Assembly (NCBI GenBank): GCA_030265395.1
Contig: JARFYF010000057.1
Span: forward strand, 22,244,708-22,308,707
Reading direction: 5' to 3'
Origin: Rhina ancylostomus
Taxonomy: Eukaryota
Length of the DNA stretch: 64,000 bases
Below the pieces are notes generated by a model. That model saw only the letters and a program-made list of their open reading frames with translations. It made no database searches and had not been told where the DNA came from. This document shows positions 12,045 through 24,650 of this stretch, piece by piece. Every line of letters starts with the position of its first letter. The first letter of the stretch is position 1. Position numbers and translations under genes: made by a program.

Positions 12045-12375
12045 TCACAGGACGCATGTGCTGCTGGCGAGGAGAATATTTACTACCGAACCCAAAATAT
12101 CCTTGAAGTGAGTGACTTTAGTCATTTCAGAGCAGTTATCAGTCAATTTTATTGTCGTAGCTCTAGAGTCCCATACAACCTAAATTAGGGGAAGCATCAG
12201 ATTTCTTTTCTTGATAGACATTGCTGAAGCAGATGACTTTTAAAACCACAATCCAATAGTTTCATGGTTACTGTTACTGATTATACCAGATTGACTTAAT
12301 TTCTTAAATAGCAGCTCTGGACAATAGCCCAGCCTTTGACTAGTAGTCCTGTGTAACTACAATGCTACCACACCC
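12045..12375 (-). mobile_element. tRNA-derived SINE with L2/CR1-type tail (family also at 20.0 and 31.0 kb)
   Basis: Reverse complement similarity: tgactagtagtcctgtgtaactacaatgctaccacc head and acaatccaatagtttcatggttact core. Confidence 0.5.
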
Positions 12376-15300
12376 TATTGCTCATCCATTAGGCAGCACT
12401 CTTCTTAATGAACTTTAAAAAGATTGAAGCCATTATATTAAGGCAAATGACCTTTAAAATTGCTTTAGAAAACGTACTACTGCAAAAGGATCAAAGGGAT
12501 GCAGTTAACTGCAAAGCTAGAAACGTGGAAGGTGTTACAAAAGTTGGCACTGATTCATTGGAAAAATGAAGTAGGATCATTCACAATTATTTGAAAAGAT
12601 CCCAAGTCATTTTCCCACTGGCTAAGGTCTTTAAGTCAATGTAGTTCCACTAGGCCAGTGCCAAAGACCGAAGAATCTGAGGCTCTCCACCCAATTCAGG
12701 ACAGCATCCAAACACTACCAGTGCAAGCACAATGCTAAGTTGATACCTGACCCAACAAGCAGTATTCTGCATGAAGAACATGTCGCCAAGAGGCACCAGT
12801 TGGACCAGAATCAAAATTAGCCTATGATTTAGTATCATTTGAATATAACCACAGGCCCTAAATAAACCAGCTGAATGGGAGAGTGAGAACATGTTTATAC
12901 AGAGGAAAGACATGAATGATATTCATACCCAATTCCCAAATCTTCTCCAGAAATATGAAATAAGGCAAAATTGGCTAGAACACCTCATTTTGTTCAACGT
13001 CATCAATAATGACACGAGGGAGGTCTTCTGGAAAGCAAGCTTCAGGCATTTTTGAAAATGTGGCTTACTTCTCTCTCTCTACCTTCCCACGTTGAGATTG
13101 TAGATTACCCAAACACCCAGGGAATTCATCCCCTGCTTGAAACACTGAGGTAGCCAGTGACAGATGCTTAGCTCCTGAAGAAAGGCTTCATGGCTTTGCA
13201 TTGCTCATGAGTAGTGGTTAAGTCACAGAGTTACAGGAAGCAAGAACTTGGAGAACCAGGCTCATATGGGCTCTATCAACAAAGCCTTTTGGACAAGCAG
13301 GCTTGGACTGAGCAGTTGGTGAGTGCATGCTTGGATAATGGCCCTGGCCTTCAAAGTCCAAAACATTAAGCAGCTGAAGTGATGCAAGCAATCTTCTTTT
13401 GGTCCTTCCATCATACTGAAGGCAGATGCCCTTTGTGGACAGGATAACATTCAGGTTTGGCACAGGATAGGTGGAAAAAGTGTGCGGAGACTGGAAATGA
13501 GAACAAGCACTCACATCCAGGACTGAGGGCCTAATACCATCAGCAGGAAGACAGAGTGTGGCATGTTTGTGCTAGTCAGGAAAATGTTGACAAAATACTC
13601 AAATTTCTTTAACAGGTTGTGCTGCCTACATTGACACTTCTGGGAAATCCTGGCATCAGCACTTTGTGGGTTAAACACCAGTGATCTATTAATCAATTAG
13701 TGTTCTTCATTAGCACGCACACAGCAAAGAGGGAAAACTAAATGTGGTCTCTGAAGGATGAAAGGCGACATGTTTACCACTGGAGATTCAGAGCTGTACT
13801 TCGTATTCAGATATTGGGGCCAGGAATTTAGATGATGCTCCAAGGTTCTATCAGTGAATGGTCAGTCTGGTTAAGTAATGGAATCATGTACATATTCCTT
13901 CTGGGGGCTATGGTTTCAGACAAGGATCTTGTGACACAAGTAGTTAGAAGGCTGAGTGTCTAAGTTCCAACGTTACCATTGTGCAAACGTGGTAGTGGAC
14001 AGAAGAGAAGGGGTAGCAGGGTCTAAGCTTTGGTCCTTGTCTTCATAAGGGAGGTAGACCACAAAAGGTACTTGTGCCGATTGCCTAGAGTTTTGAACAC
14101 AATAACAAGTTTTCTGTTTTCTCGTCTAGATTCCAGCATCTGCAGTCCTTTGTTTCTCTTCAACAAGTTTCCTGCTCTTGGCTGACCAAAGTTTTAATAA
14201 AAGACACTGGTGCTAGTATAACTGGAGCATTCTGAGTATGCAGAACTCAGCAGTACATCAACAGCACACTGAGCCACTAATCTAGCATTTACAGAAAAAC
14301 AATATAAAAAGGAGCAAATCACAATGTTAATTTCAACACAAGTCATGGGATAGGAATTAATTAATATTTAATTGAAAACTTTAAAGCATCCAAAGGAAAG
14401 CATAAAGTTCAGCATTGTTCTATTCAGTATGTGCTACCCTACAATCATACTCAAATGAGGTAAACATTTTGATTTGGCAGACAAGCACAAGGTCAAAGTT
14501 GACCAGCAGCATTTCCTAGCAGAAGAATGACCCCACTGCTCCACCGATGGGAGAGGAAGGGACAAAACAGAATGAACACACCATGGAGCTGGAGTTAAAT
14601 GAAGGCAGACCATAGATATCTTGACAAAGGCAGCTTTTAAAAGTTGTTCACCATTCCTAAACACTTTCTATGCACTCTTATAGACTGCACAGTGAAAAAC
14701 GACAATACAACACTTCTTGCTGTTGAGATTAAGGAATATGCACACAGTATAAAAGTAGGGCAACGGCAGTTAATTTCAGGAAACTGGCAAGGCAAAATAT
14801 ATTACTGGCGGTCATGTTTTACAACTCCAATGAGAGCAAGTTATTATTGCTTCCAAGTGTAAATGGATGAGCAAGTCCTTCTGTTAAATACCCCCAAAAT
14901 AAAATGTTAAGCCTTTCATAGTAACTCTTATTAAATGCTTCTCAGACCACACAATGCAAATATTTAACTAATGAATCAGAGGGAATGGCAAGGTTAAGGT
15001 AGATTATTATTTAAAGTGCACCATTCCTTTGGATAAGCAATGTTAAAATGGACCACAATGGGAAAGAGCTTTTAGATTAGTTATACCAACCATACAAAAA
15101 CATGCTTTAAATGCATCTGTCAAGTATTATTGAAGTAGTTGTTTGTGGTTGAACTTGATTAATAATACATGTTGAACACCCAGGAATGAAATTAATCCTC
15201 AGATTAGAAACACTAAATGTATGATGCAGTGGTGTCTGCACGATGCACTCCACCTCTGAAATTCGACAGCACTGACCACCACTCAGGCACGTTGAGCAAA

Positions 15301-15984
15301 ATTAACTAAGGACAAATTTTGGTGTTAGATTCAACCACTCCAGATGCAGAGACATGATTCTACTGCCTTACTCCAGTAACCTGCAAGGGAACCAACCCAA
15401 GACTAGCCTTTACGGCGGCAGTAATTTTTCCATCTCTCATAGAAGCCCTCACTGGCCTGGCAGAGCAGGACTGACAAATCAGTTTGAATTATTGCTCCGT
15501 ATGGCATGATTCCATTGCATTAGCAGAGTTACTGAGATCTAGGTGGCAAATGGCCAAAGGAAAATGACCTATTTTTGATTGAGATTCGAATACAAATCTA
15601 ACACACGAGGACACTGTTGCTGCCTGCTTTGTGACCTGCACCAGTCCCTGTTCACTCTTCACTACTGTTCCTTCCAAACAATGCCTCAATTTTAAATTTC
15701 TTATTCTTCTTACCAAATCTCTCCGTGGTGCTACCCTCCCCATCTCTAACCTCCACAACCCTGGAAATCATCAGTGGCCCTTGAATTTTGTCCTCCCACT
15801 TGTTCCCAAATTTAATCAATTCACCAGTGGTGGTTGTGCCTTCTCCCTCCAAGATCTCCCTCAGATGCTTCAATCTCAACTCCCCCAAATCTCAATTTCA
15901 CATTTTGCTTAAAACTGCTCTTGTGAACTATCTTAATAGTTTTTCACACATTACAGATGCTCTATAAATATGACTTTTTGCTGT

Positions 15985-17110
15985 ACAAGTGATACACCTT
16001 GGAAGAACAAACATGAAGGCAGAGTACAAGGTTAATGGCAGGATTCTGAGTAGTGTGCAGGAAAGGAGGGATCTTGGGGTCCAAGTCCATAGATCCCTTA
16101 AGGTTGCCACACAAGTTGATAGGGTGGTTAAGGCGGCCTATGCTGTGCTGGCCTTCATCAGTCAGGGGACTGAGTTCAAGAGCTGCGAGGTAATGTTGCA
16201 GTTCTGACTAGACCACACTTGGAGTATTGTGTTCAGTTCTGGTCACTTCATTATAGGAAGCTTTAGAGAGGGTGCAGAGGAGATTTACCAGGATGCTGCC
16301 TGGATTGGAGAGCATGTCTTATGAGGATAGGNNNNNNNNNNNNNNNNNNNNNNNNNNNNNNNNNNNNNNNNNNNNNNNNNNNNNNNNNNNNNNNNNNNNN
16401 NNNNNNNNNNNNNNNNNNNNNNNNNNNNNNNNNNNNNNNNNNNNNNNNNNNNNNNNNNNNNNNNNNNNNNNNNNNNNNNNNNNNNNNNNNNNNNNNNNNN
16501 NNNNNNNNNNNNNNNNNNNNNNNNNNNNNNNNNNNNNNNNNNNNNNNNNNNNNNNNNNNNNNNNNNNNNNNNNNNNNNNNNNNNNNNNNNNNNNNNNNNN
16601 NNNNNNNNNNNNNNNNNNNNNNNNNNNNNNNNNNNNNNNNNNNNNNNNNNNNNNNNNNNNNNNNNNNNNNNNNNNNAGCTTTAGAGAGGGTGCAGAGGAG
16701 ATTTACCAGGATGCTGCCTGGATTGGAGAGCATGTCTTATGAGGAAAGGTTGAATGAACTAGGGCTTTTCTCTTTGGAACGACAGATTGAGAGGCAACTT
16801 GATAGATGTGTATAAGATTATTAGGGGGTATGAATAGAGTGGACAGCCAGTACCTTTTCCCCAGGACGGTAGTAGCAAATGCCAAAGGACATCTGTTTAA
16901 GCTCAGAGGAGGAATGTTCAGGGGAAATGTCAAGAGGTAGATTCTTTACACAGAGTGGTGGGTGCCTGGAACGCACTGCCAGGGGTGGTGGGAGAGGCTG
17001 ATATGATAGGGACAGTTAAAAGAGTCTTAGATAGGCACATGGAGAAAGTGTTCATATAGTTTGGCACAACATTATGGGCCAAAGGGCCTGTACTGTTCCA
17101 TGTTCTATGT
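15985..17110 (+). mobile_element. CR1 LINE 3' portion spanning a gap
   Basis: VIHLGRTNMKAEYKVNG...RDLGVQVHRSLKVATQVDRVVK and LERVQRRFTRMLPGLESMSYEERLNELGLFSLE; tail tgttctatgtt. Confidence 0.92.
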
Positions 17111-17704
17111 TAATATATGCAGATTAATTTCTGAATGACTGGCACAGAATGCATCTCAAAAAACATCAAAACTTAAGAATAGGCAAAATTGAACCATTAA
17201 GTCGTGGTGCTGCTATTCACATCCAAGATAAAAAAAAATTAGTGCTAATGCATCATCATAGTCTACCCAACAACTGCCTTAGGGGAAAAAATACAACCAA
17301 TGAACTGATTTACTGCAGGATTATCAGATACAAGTGTCTTCTTTCTACAAATATTCCATTTGAAATGAATCAGGATGCCTCAACCTGTTTTATTCAGAGG
17401 AACAAACTGCTCTAAATTCAGCATCAGAGAGCCGATTGCACTCAGAACAGAATGATATGAAACATCAAAAGTTGTGAAGGTTCACTCAGGGGCTGCTTGG
17501 TATTTTGGCTCAAATTAGAGTGATCTTTACTCTGCATGGACAGACTGAAAAAGTGTTCCATTCCACTGCATTAAGTGCATCACAATTCCCCTCTCACAAA
17601 AAAATATTAAAATTAGAGCAATAATCCAAATGCCAGAAATACAGTTACATTATTTTGTTAGGGTTTTGATTCCGTGAAGTTAATCATATTTGATAACTAC
17701 ATAC

Positions 17705-17979
17705 CTTGCCTCAGTGACGTTGACACTTGACCCTGTGCAAACGTCCAACTGGACGTACTGTGAACAGTCCACCAGTGACATGTTGGGCTTGCATAACGCC
17801 AGAAAACTTGGCCGGAGACGCCCGACAGTGTACTTCGCAATGTCAGTCAATGATTGGCTCACTGCAGCACCAAACAGGAAGGTTCCCACCACCTTGTACA
17901 AGGCAGCAACGTAGTTGTTGAACTCAGATCTTGAATACAGATGTTTTAGGCGAACCATAATTGCCTCTCCGACAGTAAT
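17705..17979 (-). CDS. PLPP2: Phospholipid phosphatase 2, coding exon 3 (275 bp), contains catalytic motif C1 KxxxxxxRP
   Basis: Acceptor tttacttag|ATT, donor GCAAG|gtatgt. Translates ITVGEAIMVRLKHLYSRSEFNNYVAALYKVVGTFLFGAAVSQSLTDIAKYTVGRLRPSFLALCKPNMSLVDCSQYVQLDVCTGSSVNVTEA(R). LYSRSEFNNYVAA and YVQL point to PLPP2 rather than PLPP1/3. Confidence 0.97.
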
Positions 17980-18474
17980 CTAAGTAAAGAAAATGGATAC
18001 ATGGAGGAACAAAATCTAGCTAGGTTCCTCAGCTGGTTTCTCTTTTCAAAGATGCTGCTTGATAGGCTGGGTTCTTCTATCAATTTCCGTTTTTATTTCA
18101 GATTCCAGCATGTACAAAGGAACAAATAAATCTGCAGATGTTGCAAAGTTGTATTCAGAATTTAACTGATGATAACATCCGATCTTTAACTGCCAATTTT
18201 GTTTTTAGAAAAGTGACCGCGAATATTAGTACCAGGTTGGGCATGATTAAAATGTATCCTTTCTTACAAGTGGGGCTTGCATTTTGTACTGTTAATTTGA
18301 CCCTTTCTATATAAAAAGGGTGTACCCCTGTGCTATAGAATGAATTATTAAACAGATACAGCTCTCAGGTACATTGTCCACACGATAAATGAGACTGAAC
18401 AGCAAATGTCAGCAGACAATATATTAGAAAAGGGGGCATTACTATCAAAATGTATGGTCCTGTTGCAATAAGTA

Positions 18475-19190
18475 CAGGCAATCCCTGTGTTATGTCCATT
18501 CACGTTACGGAAATTTGTCCTTACAGAATTTGCAAATCGCTACCCAAAAATCTGAGATACAGAATTAAATTTGCTCTTATGGAATTTACATGGGGGAAAT
18601 AATTAAATTTAAAAAACAATAAAAATAGACAAAATTTGTTTAGCTTGTATTTTATCAATTCACATTCTTGACACATTGATAATGCGGCAGATTTTTTTTA
18701 AAAGCATGGTAGGTTCATTTTTCTGTCTAGTAGTCCCCACCCCATCAAGAGTTTTCTATATTGTTGATCCTCAAGATATCTGAAACAGGGCCAGCAAGTT
18801 TAAGTGCAAGTTGTAAACTTAAATAACCACTATTATTTGTTTTCAGTTATATCAATAAACTCTCTAACCTATATTTGATATGCATTTAAATGTGTATGTG
18901 CCCATTCAAACTGAAGGCTGGAAGATGATAAGCATCTGCAGTTGCTTGTGTCTCCAAATGCAACTGCTGGCCACTCTAGAGATTTGCTTTAGAAACTGAT
19001 AAGCCAATCTCTTAAGTGGCCCCCTAATGTGAACCAGCAGCTACAGTACTCATCATTACTGTTAGGAAATGTAGGAATGCATCTCTGCTTATAACATGGG
19101 TTTCAATGGGAAATAGGGTTGTGCATTACAGGAAATAATGAGACAGAGTTTTCTTGGAACATGACCCCTCCATAATGAAGGGGTTGCCTG
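18475..19190. mobile_element. Tigger/Tc1-mariner-like non-autonomous DNA transposon in intron 2
   Basis: Left TIR ta|caggcaatccctgtgttatg and right TIR cataatgaaggggttgcctg|ca (degenerate TA target-site duplication). Confidence 0.7.
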
Positions 19191-19398
19191 CAACAGTTAG
19201 CAGCATAACCAAGGCCAATCTGTCTGTTCTCCCGTTACCTTCAGGGCAATGGCTCAGAGATCTCAGTACCATACAAATTGATACCATTGAGTTAAAAGGA
19301 GTTGTGAAATAACTCCCTTTTCCAAATATTGCCTGGCAACAAATATACATTTCAAAATGTGTCATAGTGATAGTTAAAAGGTAAATTCTTTCACTCAC

Positions 19399-19550
19399 AA
19401 TGATGATGCAGGCTGGAATAATAACTGCTGCCATTGTCCAGTGTGAAATGGTATCTTTTTTGTATGGATATTTGATGCTCTCATCATTGCAGTAGAATCC
19501 TCGTATCCTTGGCTTAGCTTGCAAAGTCAATATGACAAATGGTAACGATG
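19399..19550 (-). CDS. PLPP2: Phospholipid phosphatase 2, coding exon 2 (152 bp, phase 1 to phase 0)
   Basis: Acceptor ttttcgcag|CATCG, donor ATT|gtgagt. Translates (A)SLPFVILTLQAKPRIRGFYCNDESIKYPYKKDTISHWTMAAVIIPACIII, matching human PLPP2 as recalled (ASLPFAILTL..RGFYCGDDSIRYPY..DTITH). Confidence 0.95.
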
Positions 19551-19954
19551 CTGCGAAAAGGAACAAAATAACACTAATGTCAAGGAGAACTTGCAATACT
19601 GTGCATTCTTACATTTCATGCATCAAAACAGACTATTCACATATTGTCACCTCTTCTGTGTTTGTGGTGAGGTACACACTAAGGGTCTCATTATCCTCCA
19701 AGTTCTTAGACTGTGGACAAAGTGTAAAACTTTGCACAAATGCTAAATTTCAGATTGAGAAAAGGTCACCTAGACCCAAGCAACATCAAAGCTGAGCATG
19801 CTTGCTTCTCCAGGAAACCTCATTCAAATTAGTTTGGGCATCAGCTTGGGCTCCAATGCCAAAATTTAATCCACGTTTATGACAAAATGCACACCAAAGT
19901 CAAACTCATTCACGTTATTTTTTTCAGAAAGGGCGTGAATTTGGGTTGAGCAAT

Positions 19955-20332
19955 GGAGAGGTGTAGCAATATAATGGGTGAGTCACTGGACTAGTATCCA
20001 GCAACCTGGACTATTGGTTCCTTGACTCGAGTTCAAATCCCACTTTGCTAACTGAGGAACTTAAAGTCAAGCAATTAAATATGAAATTTTAACAAAAAAC
20101 TAAAATCAGTAGTATTGTTGACCACAAATTAATCAGATTGCTTTTAAAAACTCAGCTGATTCACTGAGAAAACCAGCCCTTGTCCAGCCCATGAGCAACT
20201 ACAAAAACTAGTGAGGATGTCTCCAAAACCATTATTATGGTTGATTCTCAACTGCACTCTAATAGCTGAGGAAGCCATTTGAGGATGGACAATAAATGCT
20301 GGCCTTCAATGACCATCCAAGAATAAATGTAA
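19955..20332 (+). mobile_element. tRNA-derived SINE with L2/CR1-type tail
   Basis: B-box-like gagttcaaatccc, tcactggactagta head, tail ggacaataaatgctggcctt. Confidence 0.65.
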
Positions 20333-20935
20333 CATTCACTTTTGGAGCTGCTGCAAAATCCCATCTCTCAACAACTCACCAGTCCAATTGTAACTTCACT
20401 ATCTCACAATGGCCAGCAATATTGATAAAATTCAGAACTCCACAATAAAAAAAATTGTACCCAAAGATCATAAGAAATATTTGCATATAGATAGCATCGT
20501 ACACAACACTGAACATTCCAAAGCCTACAACATTAAATTCAGGATCTCTGAAATGTAGCTCAATTTTATTGACATTTAAAGTGAGAGTCATTGATTAGGC
20601 AGCAGCCAGTTGATGCAAACAAAAAGGTACCACAAATAGCAAAGAGATAATGAAAACAATTTGTTTCAGTGATGTTGGTTGAGGTTTGAATATTGGTCAG
20701 GTAACTAGGGACAATTTTCTGAGGGGACTGGCCAAGACATCTTCAACAGTGCAATGATTCCTTAGTGCTGTACTGAAGTTTTAGCTTAATTGTATGCTGA
20801 AGTCTATTATCTCCTGATGTGGAGATAAAGGTACAATCCACCATAATGAGTGAAATTTGACTTAGAAGTAGAGAGACCAAGAATAAGTAATTTCATTTCT
20901 AGGTTGGAATAGAATGGGAGGGGGAAACAGGAGTA

Positions 20936-21156
20936 CAGTTTCTCCCCAGCTTACAAACGCCCAACTTATGTACAGCCTGTACATACGAGCGAGCCTTTGG
21001 GAGACCAGTGGGATGGATTTGCCAGCTATGGCAAGGATTCAGGCATCTTTTGTCATATGGGACCTTGGTTCTTGGCTGCATTTCTGACTTTGCAAACTGC
21101 TTGGGTTACGAACAGTTCACAGGAACTGAACCCTGCCATAACTAGAGGATGAGCTG
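20936..21156. mobile_element. Tigger-like MITE
   Basis: TA|cagtttctccccagcttac ... cataactagaggatgagctg|TA imperfect TIRs with TA at both ends; internal ttacgaac motif. Confidence 0.7.
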
Positions 21157-24100
21157 TACTGATGGAAGTCAAGGAAATCAGTCAGAGAACACAAGCAGCT
21201 GTAATATAGCAGAGCAAGAACAAAAGGTCAAGTTACTATTCAGTGTCAATTTTCCTTTTTTTTAAATAAAAAGCAATGCATTCACTATTTTCTGAGACCA
21301 GGAAATGCAGCAGAGAGAAGAGACTAATACTGCAATTAGTTATAATACAAATCCATGTGACTTGGTTAATTTATGCATCTATCAACTATCTGGATGATAG
21401 CTCAAATTCAGTGTGAAGGATTAGTTGAGACAATGGAGGGCAATAAACCATTCCATGGTAATGGGGGACTAGGTTGCTCAATATCACAGATTGCAACTCA
21501 GAAAATATTCAGAAGGAACAAAACACAGTCAGGATACAGGAAACACTGGCTGCATGAAGAAATAATTTATCTTGGATCTATTTCATGATTTATATTGACA
21601 ACATTTCAAAGCCTTTACATTTGCTGGAATGCTCTTCAAAGCCTCTTAAAAACATATAATCTACACAAGAACATTTTACAGTTGCTCTTTAACAAAGACA
21701 CTTTTGGCAGGATAATTTCAGGCCCCCATCGAAAAACTAACCCAACAGTTTTGATTTGCATGTATTGTCCAACTTCATTCTTAAAACAATAAATTAACAT
21801 GTTCCTTGTCCTGGCGTCACCTCAAATGTTATATTTCCCAACCATGTATTCAATCCTTCTGTGGTCTTGGCTCTCCACAAGGCTGCAACCATCTCCAACC
21901 CAGTAATCCTCCACAAACCCTGCACTCCTTCATTCTGGTCTCTTGCACATTCCCTGTGACTCAGTTAGCTGAAGGATTGTGTGATCCTTTAGCTAACCGA
22001 GTCACAGACTCAATTTTTCTTTTGCCTATATCTCTCTCTCATGCTCCTGAGAGCAGGTTCCTGTTTGACCAATCGTTTAGCCCCAGTATCCCCTTTTATG
22101 GTTTAATAGTTGGGATGTTTCACTTTTATAAAGATATTATCCAAAATAAATTGTTGACGCTGTTTGGCAAAATGCAAAAGCTGGTGGAGTTGAAGTTTTT
22201 GTAGCTGTTTTAAGCAGCATGCTGGCTTCACATCTGGAAGGCTACTCAAGACCTTGTACGTTAAGTAACTTGCTTTTCTAACCCAAGAACTGTACAATGC
22301 CAGGTTCAGCAGGACAGATAAATAGTTTAGGTAATTTGCACAGATGTTGGTGAATACTCAGCTCGACTAACAGCAGAAACACAAAGAGAACCATGAGTAC
22401 ATAACTAGGGTAGAAATTATGTGTCCAAATAATCTCAAACAAATGGCAGAGCAGGTCTGAGGTGTTATCTCATCCATTCCTGTCACAATTTCTGCAAAAA
22501 AAAAGTACAGTTGCTAGAAGTCTGAAATAAAATTAGAAAATGCTGAAAATACTCAGTTGTTCAGGCAGCATTTGCAGAAAGGAACAAAGTTAATGATGCA
22601 CTTTCTGATGAAAGATCATCTTGAAATGTTAACTGTTTCTCCACAATTTCTCCCTTTTTAACTTTTATTTACAATTCTGGAAATGCTTCTTTTAACTGTC
22701 CAAATTGATATTCATTTATAACATGCATTAGAGCTGCTCATGGGTGAAAATATGCGCTTCGAATTGAAGTCACTGTGCATAGTCTCACAATCAGCAATGA
22801 GATAATGGCCAGATTCTTTGACCAGAACACAATTCCTTAGCTCTTTGAAATAGCATCACAAGATATCCCTGTTAAACCAAGAACGGATACAGGAATTCAA
22901 TTTATTGTCTCACCCAAAAGTTAAAAATAATCTAATAAAATGGAAAAATATGCAGATGACTTACTTTTTGAAAGCAAATTACAAGATAATTGGAACCATG
23001 AATACGATCCAAAAGCAAACCCAAGACGATGGCATGAAATTTCTTTTTCTCTGACTCCAATAAGATAAAGCTTTAATTAAAAAGTAAACCTATAAAAGGA
23101 AATCAGACCTATTTTTACAGTTATTTGCTGTCTAGTAAAACATAAAACTGTTTTTCCTGAGGAAACTATAGTTGCCTTTTAATCTTGTATAGCTAATACC
23201 AAAGATTAATTTTGTATGGGATGCACATACTTTACCTTTGCTCTCCCAATTTGCTTCTGAGACAATGCCATCTGCAATGACTTCCTAAATGCATTAGGCC
23301 AGATCTTACATTCCCAGGTTGGTACCATTTACTCTTATTGGCTCCTCCATACAGAAGTTTGCTAGTTCAGAGTGGGCTCTTGTCTAAACTGGAGTGCAAA
23401 GCTTCCAATTCACTGTGCACCTCTAATATTCTCCCTGTGCTACTATGGTGAGCTAACCACACAACACTGCAGTGCAGCCTCACCACATTTGCATTCTTCA
23501 TGCATCTCTCTACCTGCAACCTTTCTCTCCCCAACCGAGCCATCATCCATTTTGAGTCAGCACACCCTGAGAGCAAGAAGTTCAGCAAGTGCCCTTAGTC
23601 TCTGACTGCCCAGTGGCAGTTAAACATCAAATTCATTCTTCATTAATGGTGATAAGCCAGGAAAATGCTCCTTAAACTGGGTAATGGGATTTGAATAGAA
23701 ATTCACTATTGTAAACAGAAGCAATGGGTGTCCATGCTGTTTGCTGTTTCCACTGAAGTCAAGTATTAAAGCAAAACCAAGTCATTCAGATAATTACTGC
23801 CTGGATAAAATGGTCTCAAGCACTGAAGAACAATGTAGTAGTGGGGCTCCCTCTTCTCCAGATGGCATATTGGGATACATTTCCACAAGGGTCGGCAACC
23901 TTGTCCAAGAACATACCCAGGACATTGGCTGGCCATTCAATCACAGCGCCACTGATCCTGGCTTTGTTGCTCATTGCAATTCACAAATGTGCCTCCCTTG
24001 ACTGGATATAACTCAATATGGAAAAAACAGTTCATCTATTTTTTGTTTGAAAGAATGATTCCCTCCACTTAACAGTCAACTTTAACATTGTTATTATTGT

Positions 24101-24501
24101 CCCAGCTGGCATCAGCCAACAGCTCAGACTATGGATCAAAGTTGGAGCCTTCATGGTGCCAGGTGGTCTTTCAATCTACTTCCCGTCATTTAAAGTCTGA
24201 CATGATTATCCCTTCAATCCCTTGGCAAAGCAATATCACTGCCTTGCATGTTTCCTGCATCCATTGGTGAATCATGCTTCAAGCTAAGCAGTCAGTGCAT
24301 TTGGTCCAGACACAAGCCAAGGAGTTTATCAACGTCCTCCAAGTCCCTATCACTGGGAGCAAACACATGCAGTAATTACCACAACTTCCTCCAAATAATT
24401 CTTTGCTCTTCATGGCCAATTCCACGCAGCATCATAAACCACTGAAACCATGAGACCGATCTATTAAAACACTTGAACGAACAAACCTTAAATGAACCTA
24501 C

Positions 24502-24650
24502 CCAACTATGAGCTCAGTAAATGGAATCAATCCAGTGCTCAAATAGCACTTGCACGTTACTGAAACTTCTTTAACTGTACATGGCTTCACAGGCACTGGG
24601 AAAGTGAAGGGAGAGACCAGTTTTGGACATGCAAAGGCATTCCATGTCAA
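24502..24650 (+). repeat. Copy 1 of a diverged ~150-bp direct duplication
   Basis: Shares ccaactatgagctcagtaaatggaa, cacaggcactg, aaagtgaagg, ttttggacatgca and gcattccatgtcaa with 26631-26775. Confidence 0.85.

Noticed and set aside
16259-16749. 73-bp direct repeat (one mismatch) flanking a gap inside a CR1
   Set aside because: Likely overlapping contig ends from two alleles or repeat copies.
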